Below, piece after piece: positions 25,721 to 33,196 of a stretch of DNA of 64,000 nt; positions within the stretch are counted from its first letter, which is position 1; every line of letters starts with the position of its first letter. The translations under genes and the position numbers were made by a program. The notes under the pieces were generated by a model. The model was not told the DNA's origin. It searched no databases and saw only the letters and a list, made by a program, of their open reading frames with translations. The stretch covers positions 758 through 64,757 of the forward strand of contig CAXHMA010000007.1 in NCBI GenBank assembly GCA_964017825.1, in the 5' to 3' direction. This DNA comes from an uncultured Alphaproteobacteria bacterium. Its GTDB lineage: Bacteria; Pseudomonadota; Alphaproteobacteria; RF32; CAG-239.

Positions 25721-26299
25721 GTGCAAGATAATTGGCAAGAACGTATAAATATATGGAAAAAAGATGTTGTAAAAAGGTTGTCGCAATTAGATACTGAAAC
25801 AGAACAGAAAATAAGGGAGACATCAAATTTTTCAAGTATATTAGCTTCTGCACAACGTGGGGCTTTGGAAGATATTGAAGAAGATAAAATTGCTCTTTAT
25901 GTTAATGCCGTTGTAAATTCTATTAAAAATGAAAATATAGATGATACAAAAAAACATATATTTTTGAATATGTTGCGAGATTTTACAAAATTACACATTG
26001 AGATTTTAAAATTTTATAATGAAATTGAAGAAAAAATAAAAATATTACATTCTGGAATACAATTTAATTATGTAAATGGAAATTCTGAGCATTGGTACGA
26101 TATTGCGTATAAATGCAACCCAATGCTATTTCAAAACAAAACATTATGTATGGTGGCTTATAATGAATTAGTTTTTCGCAAACCGCTTAAGAATAATGGA
26201 CATATTATGACAGATGGTAGCACTTTAAATAATAACTATCCGACAAAACAAACAACAAATTTAGGTGATGAATTTCTTAGTTTTATTGCTGAACAATAG
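25721..26299 (+). CDS. hypothetical protein (possibly a nonsense-interrupted longer gene starting at 25622)
   Basis: 192-aa ORF from a GTG start. An in-frame ATG at 25622 is separated from it only by a TAA at 25676-25678. Confidence 0.45.
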   Translation: MQDNWQERINIWKKDVVKRLSQLDTETEQKIRETSNFSSILASAQRGALEDIEEDKIALYVNAVVNSIKNENIDDTKKHIFLNMLRDFTKLHIEILKFYNEIEEKIKILHSGIQFNYVNGNSEHWYDIAYKCNPMLFQNKTLCMVAYNELVFRKPLKNNGHIMTDGSTLNNNYPTKQTTNLGDEFLSFIAEQ

Positions 26300-26572
26300 A
26301 AGATTCATTAACCTCAGTACCTCAACAACCACAAGTTAACAACTAACCAAAACCTGCTGTTTTACCAACTTTACTTCATCGGTGATTTTAGTATATGTTT
26401 CTAAATCTTGAGTAGGATTTTTGAACCATTGTTTCAGGCTGTCGCATTGAATAAACTTGTCAAAAGGTACTCTAACCGTATATTTCAATTCTTTAGCTTT
26501 GAACGAAAAAACAAATCACTTAAAATTTATATATGTTACAGAATAGTAAAGATAATATATAAATTACACCTT

Positions 26573-27709
26573 CTATAATCCGACATATAGGCTCAACGAG
26601 GCGACGCCACTGTAACCGGATTTTTTATTAAACGCCGGATTAATGTATAACTGCACATCCGGACGAATGGATATATGAGTGTTAAGCTGGAAATTGTAAT
26701 ATGTTTCAATACTTTTTTCATATGCGTGATATATCGGCTGTGTTGTTGCCGCGGTGTTGACTTTGTTAAAACTGTATGCAACCGCAAGCTGGTCGTGTGG
26801 TCGGCGTTTGAACGGGCTGTTGAATAATATTCCGACGGAATATGAATAGTCCAACGCCGCGTAATCTCCGCTTGAATTGTTGAACCGCATAAATAAACTG
26901 GTGCATTTGCTGATATCTTGTGCCAGATATAGCGACCACCCTAAACTTTTCGCAGGAGCCTTTTTTACACTCGGTTTTTTATATACTAACAGGCTGTATG
27001 CTCCCTGATAGGAATTATACCATTTCGGAGTGTAGCTAAGAGCGCCGAAAGGCAATGCTTCGTTTTTATCAAGATTTTTGACATGTATACCGTCAGCAGA
27101 CGTGTTTGATGCATCAATAGCTCCGAGCGTCAAAGAAAGGTTGTCGTATATGTCTGCACTGGCATACCCGCCCACGCCGGCCGATGGGTAAGTGAAAGTA
27201 CCGTCCTGAGATAGGGCGTTATTCAAAAAGTACTGTGTTTGCAAATCGCTTGCGGTGATATTGTCAAACATCGCTATGCTGAACTGCCCGACACCTAAGC
27301 TTAACCAGTCGTATTTACCGTTGAAGCTGTGTGAATAATAAAAATCAGACATCTCATTGTAGTCAACGTCATAACTGTTGATTTGGTTGGCCACGCCGAT
27401 TTTGGAAGAAAGCTCGGTTGAAGTTTGTTTGTTAAAACGAACAATATTCAATAAAAAGTTAAAACGTCCTTTTCCGTAAATATTATCAAACAAGTCAATG
27501 TTCAAATACGGGGTAATAAAAGATCTCGTTAAATATTTATTACCGTTGGAAAATGTTTGTTGATAGGTAAATGTATTGTCTAAACCAAAGTTTATTCCTT
27601 TTGGGGAAGCCAAATTATCCTTAAAGTCGTCATATGTTTTCCATAGCCCGTCAGCTGTAGCGGTTGAAGCATAAAAAAACATTATAAAAAATAGAATTTT
27701 TTTAAACAT
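26573..27709 (-). CDS. putative outer-membrane beta-barrel porin
   Basis: 378 aa with signal peptide MFKKILFFIMFFYASTATA. The sequence is aromatic/Gly/Asn-rich and alternating throughout. The family (perhaps OprB-like) is not confirmed. Confidence 0.55.
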   Translation of the reverse strand: MFKKILFFIMFFYASTATADGLWKTYDDFKDNLASPKGINFGLDNTFTYQQTFSNGNKYLTRSFITPYLNIDLFDNIYGKGRFNFLLNIVRFNKQTSTELSSKIGVANQINSYDVDYNEMSDFYYSHSFNGKYDWLSLGVGQFSIAMFDNITASDLQTQYFLNNALSQDGTFTYPSAGVGGYASADIYDNLSLTLGAIDASNTSADGIHVKNLDKNEALPFGALSYTPKWYNSYQGAYSLLVYKKPSVKKAPAKSLGWSLYLAQDISKCTSLFMRFNNSSGDYAALDYSYSVGILFNSPFKRRPHDQLAVAYSFNKVNTAATTQPIYHAYEKSIETYYNFQLNTHISIRPDVQLYINPAFNKKSGYSGVASLSLYVGL

Positions 27710-27788
27710 AGTCCTGTCCTTTTAGCAAAAGTTAAGCTTTTCTGCGAAGCAGATACCTGCAGAAACAAAGGTTATTAGTAATAATAGA

Positions 27789-28610
27789 TTATATTGAAAG
27801 CTTGTTTAATCCGTAGTCGACAAGTTCACCGCCGTAATAGACGATATTGGAATTGCCGTATTTCAGTTTTTTAGTGTAAAATGTGATGGGTTTTCCCTGA
27901 TATATCCATTCATAGCGGTCAAAGAATTTCTCGTCTTTAACATTAAATTGCGCGTTCTCGCTCATAAAACGGATAATCTTGTCCGTATCCTGCTTAGTCA
28001 GCGCGTTTTCCATAATCCAACGGGAATACGGGTTATCAGCATTTCCGTTTCTTGTGTTGAGGTTAAGCGTTTTCAGACTGACCGTTTGAATATTCGGATA
28101 AATGTCAAGATATTTTTTAATCTCCTCGAGATAGTCGTTAAAACTTTTGTTTTTCATCAAAACATAATTTAAGCGGATGTTGGCTTGCTTAAATAAATCG
28201 CTGTTAATATAGTCTTTATCATATCCGAGAGTCATCATATCTTTTTTAGAATCAAAATCCACCCGGGTAATTTCAATAATAAAATCATTTTTGATTAAAT
28301 CGAATTTATCTTTTTCATAAAAAATATTGCCTGAAGATTGAAAACGCTTTTCATCAAAAATATTGACTTTATCAGTTGTCTCAACCACGCTTTTTATCGT
28401 CTGATAACTATGCAGCGAAGGCTCTCCGTTCCCACAAAAAATAAAATATCTGAAATTGATGCCTTTATCTTTCAAATAACTGAGTTTTTCCTCCAACTGT
28501 GCGAGTTTATCGTCAACAATGGGCCATTGCGTTATTTTAGCGGTGCAGTACGGGCAGTGTTTGTTGCACTTAAAAGATGATAAAATTAACTCAAATTCTT
28601 TATATTTCAT
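27789..28610 (-). CDS. radical SAM enzyme, unknown substrate
   Basis: It has the CNKHCPYC (CxxxCxxC) cluster near the N-terminus and the GNGEPSL motif. The start ATG 28610 (MKYKEF) overlaps the end of the upstream gene. Confidence 0.75.
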   Translation of the reverse strand: MKYKEFELILSSFKCNKHCPYCTAKITQWPIVDDKLAQLEEKLSYLKDKGINFRYFIFCGNGEPSLHSYQTIKSVVETTDKVNIFDEKRFQSSGNIFYEKDKFDLIKNDFIIEITRVDFDSKKDMMTLGYDKDYINSDLFKQANIRLNYVLMKNKSFNDYLEEIKKYLDIYPNIQTVSLKTLNLNTRNGNADNPYSRWIMENALTKQDTDKIIRFMSENAQFNVKDEKFFDRYEWIYQGKPITFYTKKLKYGNSNIVYYGGELVDYGLNKLSI

Positions 28611-29124
28611 GGCAAACAACCTCCTTTAAAACAGATTGGATTAAAGCAGACAAATCATTATTGTCGCAATAGGAATAAATTTTGGTTTGGGGACTTTGCC
28701 GCAAAGCATCGGCAATTGCAAACCAGTATTCCGATTTTATTTGGTATGCGGACTCTTCTTCTTTGTATAAGATGACGATTTCTTTTTTAAACAAAAGCGC
28801 CCACTCAAGCTCCACAATGGAACCCACCGAAAAGCTCTCATTAAACACCGCGAAAAAAACGTCGCAATTTTTAACCGCGGCTAATTCGGCGCGAAGAACA
28901 GTTTTACAGTCATTTGATGTAAACTTGCCGTTAGAGGCCTGCTCGCAATAGAACGGCCCCGAATATATGAACCGATTGTCAACAATTAAGTCCTTTGTAT
29001 AAAATGTCAGAAGTCGGGAACTGCCTAAAATATGCGCTCTGTAATCATTTTCCAACGATTGAACCAATGATAAGCATGGCTCTTTAATCCGGTTAAACTT
29101 ACCTGAAAAATATATTTTTTTCAT
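28600..29124 (-). CDS. nucleoside 2-deoxyribosyltransferase-like (NDT-fold) protein
   Basis: Internal ATG 29124 (MKKIYFSGKF) overlaps the pnuC stop as TAATG. The later acidic motif VGSIVELEWAL resembles the NDT catalytic Glu region. Confidence 0.55.
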   Translation of the reverse strand: MKKIYFSGKFNRIKEPCLSLVQSLENDYRAHILGSSRLLTFYTKDLIVDNRFIYSGPFYCEQASNGKFTSNDCKTVLRAELAAVKNCDVFFAVFNESFSVGSIVELEWALLFKKEIVILYKEEESAYQIKSEYWFAIADALRQSPQTKIYSYCDNNDLSALIQSVLKEVVCHEI

Positions 29125-29681
29125 TATTCCTGTCCTTTCATAATTCTTTTCCAATTGATGTAGGATAAAACGGCCATAACGGTCCAGATAACGTTTAGGC
29201 TGAAAAGATAATAGGCCGGATTTGCCAACGAAAAATATTGAAAAGCGTAAACAATGTCGTTGATAAACCATATAATCCATGTATCAATCCTTTTTTTGAT
29301 CATATAATAAGTCGCAGTTAAGGAAGACGTTGTGGTAAACGCGTCGGTAAACGGTTTTGGATCTGCGGTTTGCTTTAATATAAAACCGACAATTACGGTG
29401 CTTAAAAAGATAAAAGTAATGTAAAACAACCTTTCTTTATAAGAACATTGTGTGATTTTAAATTCTTTCTTTTGCTGCCAGAGAATAAGCCCGAATATGC
29501 CCATTACCAAATAAACCGAGTTGTTTATCACATCGCCAAACAGCCTGTTTTGTAAGGAAAAACAAATCAAAAAAATCATTTGCAAAATATAAAATATCCA
29601 GTTGGAACGCCTATTAAACATCACGAGGATACCTTGCAACAATCCTGAGATTGTTGCGCTGATTTCTAGAAAAAGCAACAT
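29124..29681 (-). CDS. pnuC: PnuC-family nucleoside/vitamin transporter
   Basis: 185 aa with about 6-7 TM segments and a PnuC-like start (ISATISGLLQGILVMFNRRSNWIFYILQ). The substrate cannot be inferred from sequence alone. Confidence 0.7.
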   Translation of the reverse strand: MLLFLEISATISGLLQGILVMFNRRSNWIFYILQMIFLICFSLQNRLFGDVINNSVYLVMGIFGLILWQQKKEFKITQCSYKERLFYITFIFLSTVIVGFILKQTADPKPFTDAFTTTSSLTATYYMIKKRIDTWIIWFINDIVYAFQYFSLANPAYYLFSLNVIWTVMAVLSYINWKRIMKGQE

Positions 29682-29687
29682 GTTAAC

Positions 29688-29906
29688 CTACCTTGATTTG
29701 TGTTCAAAATTTAGTTGTTGAAGTTGGGACGAAACCGCCACAATATCCCTGTTGTTGAATTTTAGGGGCTGATATTGGAATTGCGTTGTTTTGATGAGGT
29801 TATCTGAGATGATGTTGTCAATGTCGGCTCCTTTGCTGATAATCGGCATTCTGATACCATAAACCGCTGTTCCGACATAACGTGTGTTTTGACTAATTTC
29901 AGTCAT
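29688..29906 (-). CDS. small ORF, possibly a truncated CofE/gamma-glutamyl-ligase-like N-terminal fragment
   Basis: 72 aa from ATG 29906. The IRMPIISKGADIDNIISDNL...NRDIVAVSSQ pattern is weakly similar to the first ~60 aa of CofE-like ligases. Confidence 0.3.
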   Translation of the reverse strand: MTEISQNTRYVGTAVYGIRMPIISKGADIDNIISDNLIKTTQFQYQPLKFNNRDIVAVSSQLQQLNFEHKSR

Positions 29907-29991
29907 ATATTTTCTCCTTGACAGTAGGTTATTCTGATTTGTCTCGACTGTCCCTGCAAGACCCAAACCAGCAAAAGTTTATATAAACTTT

Positions 29992-30522
29992 TCAGTTAAT
30001 ATTGTCTTCATAAAAATATTTTTTCACTAAATCATAATTTTCCGGATGGACAAAGTTTTTCCATCTTTCATCTTCCAAAACAATCATATCGCGAACCATA
30101 TTTCCTGATAAGAAAGGAAAATTCTGTGTTGTCCGTGAACATATTTCAACATGAGGAACATCATGCGCAAAAAACAAATATTCCTTTTGGGTTCCGACAT
30201 ACATAACATCGGGAGTACAAATTTCAGATTGTTCTTTCCTGATTGTTTCCAAGACATTATAATTCCAAGGTATAGAAATATCATCTTTAACGCCGATAAT
30301 CCGCAAACGGTTGTATGCTTCATTGTGGCGCCAGACGTTCTGAACCATTTTTTTTCTGACAAAATAAGCTAAAGGATTTTTCTCCGTCCCGCTTTCTTGT
30401 GCGGAACCTATTAAAACCGTCCCATGCTCGCATTCAGCCATCATTTTTTCAATAAGCCGATTGTGACCGATATGAAAAGGCTGACAGCGTATAATGCAAA
30501 AACCATGTTTGTATTTAAACAT
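29992..30522 (-). CDS. nicotinamide/nicotinate mononucleotide adenylyltransferase (NadM / archaeal-type NMNAT-like)
   Basis: 176 aa from ATG 30522. It has the cytidylyltransferase-fold motif IRCQPFHIGH followed by LIGSAQESGTEKNP. Confidence 0.75.
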   Translation of the reverse strand: MFKYKHGFCIIRCQPFHIGHNRLIEKMMAECEHGTVLIGSAQESGTEKNPLAYFVRKKMVQNVWRHNEAYNRLRIIGVKDDISIPWNYNVLETIRKEQSEICTPDVMYVGTQKEYLFFAHDVPHVEICSRTTQNFPFLSGNMVRDMIVLEDERWKNFVHPENYDLVKKYFYEDNIN

Positions 30523-30627
30523 AAAAAAACCTTTCATCTGAAAGGCCGCATCAACAAGAAATAAAATCTTTATTACCGTTAACTGGCCAGGTTGCTTGTT
30601 CGTGCCCATAGCCCTCGAGCACCCGAA
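30523..30627 (-). promoter_or_regulatory. structured 5-prime leader with a terminator/SD-sequestering hairpin (candidate riboswitch or attenuator)
   Basis: On the minus strand:
- a 5-prime hairpin gttcg-gg-gtgctc...gggcac-gaac;
- a possible alternative pairing of aacaag with cttgtt;
- the hairpin cctttc-agat-gaaagg (30530-30545) followed by T7, directly abutting the ATG.
The gaaagg arm is the only SD-like sequence. Confidence 0.35.
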
Positions 30628-30634
30628 CAATTCT

Positions 30635-30662
30635 AATATACATAAATAAGAACTAATGTCAA
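30635..30662 (-). promoter_or_regulatory. candidate sigma70 promoter of the NMNAT-pnuC operon
   Basis: The minus strand reads TTGACA (30662-30657), a 16-nt spacer, then TATATT (30640-30635). Confidence 0.45.
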
Positions 30663-30731
30663 TATTCTTTTAAACTATTTAATAACTTTTTTCAAAAGGT
30701 TTAGAAAACAACATATTGAAAAAAAGCCGCC

Positions 30732-30764
30732 AAAAAAATATTCCCCAAATACAAGCATTTAGGG
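30732..30764 (-). terminator. rho-independent terminator after tRNA-Gln
   Basis: The minus strand has ccctaaat-gcttgt-atttgggg (8-bp stem) followed by a T-rich run (aatattttttt). Confidence 0.5.
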
Positions 30765-30770
30765 AACTTT

Positions 30771-30845
30771 TGGCTGGGGCGGCTGGATTCGAACCAACGA
30801 ATGTCGGCACCAAAAGCCGATGCCTTACCACTTGGCGACGCCCCA
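30771..30845 (-). tRNA. tRNA-Gln (anticodon UUG), CCA encoded
   Basis: The reverse complement is TGGGGCGTCGCCAAGTGGTAAGGCATCGGCTTTTGGTGCCGACATTCGTTGGTTCGAATCCAGCCGCCCCAGCCA. It folds by hand into a cloverleaf with a 7-bp acceptor stem, anticodon loop TTTTGGT and T-loop TTCGAAT. Confidence 0.95.
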
Positions 30846-31013
30846 ACAACTCTGATGTGGTAAGCCCATATGAGATGGACAGAGACATGTTTAAGATAAA
30901 AAAAGTATAATTGCAAGCATTTTTTTGCGAATTTGTGAAAAAAATAAAAAGCGCAAAACGGAAAAATATGCATACGCACGGCAGTATCAAAACGGTTGTA
31001 GGGAAATAGCTGC

Positions 31014-31042
31014 TTGACTTTAAATCCGGCAGCGTCTATAAA
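31014..31042 (+). promoter_or_regulatory. candidate sigma70 promoter
   Basis: TTGACT (31014-31019), a 17-nt spacer, then TATAAA (31037-31042), about 60 nt upstream of ATG 31103. Confidence 0.45.
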
Positions 31043-31102
31043 AACCGTAATTCTAAATTATACTGTCTTTAAAATTATTATAAATCAAAAATCTCAAAAG
31101 TT

Positions 31103-31522
31103 ATGTACAATGTTGAAATTGACACGGCATCGGCCGTGGTCGAAGAGGCGAGCAAAGGCGTCAGTCTCCATGATGTCGTGGCGGTTATCCTGTTTGCAGC
31201 GGTGTTGACGATATGCGGCATTCAGGCTGTCAGCGTCATCCGGTCTTATGTCAAAAAAGAGTGGGACTGGCATAAGAAACCGCTGCCGTTCAATATAAGC
31301 CTGATTGCCCGCGGTATTATCGGCGCAACCGTACTTTTCTATGTTATCTGGCTATTAGCTGATTGGAGTTCATGGAGTTGGTCAAAGGTGTATCTCGTGC
31401 TACTCTGTTATCCCTTGCTTGCGGCACTTATTGTGTTAGCTGCGGTGGTGGTAATCTTATTCGTATACTGGTCTCTCTATGTACCGCTGTCAGAACTGAT
31501 TGGCCGACTGAGAAAACATTAA
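31103..31522 (+). CDS. small membrane protein, unknown function
   Basis: 139-aa ORF with three or four hydrophobic helices. Confidence 0.5.
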   Translation: MYNVEIDTASAVVEEASKGVSLHDVVAVILFAAVLTICGIQAVSVIRSYVKKEWDWHKKPLPFNISLIARGIIGATVLFYVIWLLADWSSWSWSKVYLVLLCYPLLAALIVLAAVVVILFVYWSLYVPLSELIGRLRKH

Positions 31523-31662
31523 TTCATAAAGCTTCGTATCTTCAGGTACGGAGTTTTTTTTATGTATGGAAAAAGCGCGCATAACTTAAATCTGCTCTTT
31601 ACAGGCAAAAAACAAAGGCTATATTAAACGAAAATTTATCACTATCCATAAGGGGAAAAGAA

Positions 31663-32265
31663 ATGGAGTTTTTTACGCAATTTAACCTGCGGGAGTTTTT
31701 AAGCGCGTTTGTGGTTTTGTTTGCGATTACGGACGTGCCGGGAAATCTGCCGATTATATTAAACATTCAAAACAAAGGCGTACATATCGGGGCAACAAGA
31801 GCGTCGGTTTATTCGCTGATTTTGCTTGTATCATTCTTTTATGCCGGAGAGGCATTTTTGAAATTGTTCGGGCTGGATATTTCTTCGTTTGCGATTGCCG
31901 GTTCGCTGATTTTGTTTTTGTTCAGCATTGAGATGATTTTGGATGTCAGCCTGTTTTGCGAAGGGGCGGATATCTCGGGTGATGCAACATTCGTGCCGGT
32001 GGTCTTTCCGTTGTTTGTCGGCGCCGGAGCATTAACGACTCTGCTTTCCATCCGTTCGCAATATTCGGATGTAAACGTGTTGCTGGCGGTGTTTTTTGTC
32101 TGCGTCTGCATTTACGGAACGGTCAAACTGTCGCGCTTTTTGAAAAAACATCTGAGCAATGCGGTGATTTATGTGATGAAAAAGTTTTTCGGCATGGTGC
32201 TTTTGGCCATGTCTGTCAAACTGTTCATTACCAACGTAGCAGTGCTCGTACACTCAATCCGCTAA
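31663..32265 (+). CDS. MarC-family (UPF0056) membrane protein
   Basis: 200 aa after a ggggaaaag SD. It has a MarC-like N-terminus (FVVLFAITDVPGNLPI) and six TM segments. Confidence 0.8.
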   Translation: MEFFTQFNLREFLSAFVVLFAITDVPGNLPIILNIQNKGVHIGATRASVYSLILLVSFFYAGEAFLKLFGLDISSFAIAGSLILFLFSIEMILDVSLFCEGADISGDATFVPVVFPLFVGAGALTTLLSIRSQYSDVNVLLAVFFVCVCIYGTVKLSRFLKKHLSNAVIYVMKKFFGMVLLAMSVKLFITNVAVLVHSIR

Positions 32266-32292
32266 GATATAAGGATTTTGGCAAAACGGAAG

Positions 32293-32322
32293 CGGCCCGC
32301 CGGATGTCGGGCTGTTTTTTTT
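32293..32322 (+). terminator. rho-independent terminator
   Basis: Stem cggcccg/cgggctg with loop ccggatgt, followed by T8. Confidence 0.65.
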
Positions 32323-32417
32323 GCGAAAATTGTTGACAAAAATATTTGCCGATGATATAGGTATACTCACTTAGTGATAAATATGTCTATTATTCACCTT
32401 AAAAACAATCAAAAATC

Positions 32418-32930
32418 ATGAAAACGTTTGTTAAATGTTTCGCAGTGTTTGCAGTAGCAGGCATGCTTGCCTCCTGCAACAAAGAAAACAAAGCTCCCGA
32501 GACCGCTCCCGAACCCGTCGCCCCGAAGGCAGAAGCTTACCAGCCGGTTCATCAGTCCTCAACCGTGGACCTGAAGTCAGCCCGCAAGTATGCCTACTTC
32601 AACGCTCCGACCCCGACGGCCGCCGCTTCGGTCGATGTTCTCTATGACCGGAAAGCACCGTACGTGCAGCCTGTCGTCGTGAAGTATACGTACGCCAACG
32701 GCGATACCTACACCTACACCGTGCCCGCCGAATTCGGTCTGTGGCGCAACGAAGCCGGCCGGCTCCGCGTCGTCATCGATGACAAAGCTACCGTATGGCT
32801 GCAGGGGCAGACAAAGGGAGGAAAGTTTCATGAACTGATTTTCTACGGCGATCCGCAGTTCAACGGCAAAAAAATCAAGCCGAACACGTATCGCAACCTT
32901 CCCGCCGGAGAGATTAAGTATCGCAAATAG
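32418..32930 (+). CDS. lipoprotein, unknown function
   Basis: 170 aa with a signal peptide and lipobox (AGMLASC). Confidence 0.65.
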   Translation: MKTFVKCFAVFAVAGMLASCNKENKAPETAPEPVAPKAEAYQPVHQSSTVDLKSARKYAYFNAPTPTAAASVDVLYDRKAPYVQPVVVKYTYANGDTYTYTVPAEFGLWRNEAGRLRVVIDDKATVWLQGQTKGGKFHELIFYGDPQFNGKKIKPNTYRNLPAGEIKYRK

Positions 32931-32956
32931 TCTCTCCCGCCCGAACTGACTGACCA

Positions 32957-32989
32957 AGCCCTGCCGTTTTTATACGGCAGGGCTTTTTG
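32957..32989 (+). terminator. rho-independent terminator
   Basis: An 11-bp stem agccctgccgt/acggcagggct with loop ttttat, followed by TTTTT. Confidence 0.7.
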
Positions 32990-33196
32990 TATCTGAAAAC
33001 CACCGGCCAGGCCTATGGTTTCGGAACAGCCGTAACAACACATTTCACGCACTTTTTTCCGCTTTATATGCCGCCCGTAAAAATATTTGTTCGCAAACAA
33101 ATAATCATTCTGCCGGACAAACATATTTTGTTGACATATTCATCAATTTGGGTATACCGTAAACACGATGAGACGCAATTATATTTTGGAGGTTTT

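Noticed and set aside
12690-30770. Direct repeat of the tRNA-Gln 3-prime half marking the far end of the island
   Set aside because: I scanned by eye for ggattcgaacc-like strings and found none. TGGCTGGAG at about 25499 matches only 7 nt. A computational search is needed before concluding either way.
32987-33196. 70-codon N-terminal extension of the hppA ORF
   Set aside because: It has no pyrophosphatase similarity. A ggagg SD and an ATG at 33197 precede the first TM helix, and the extension overlaps the terminator of the upstream gene.
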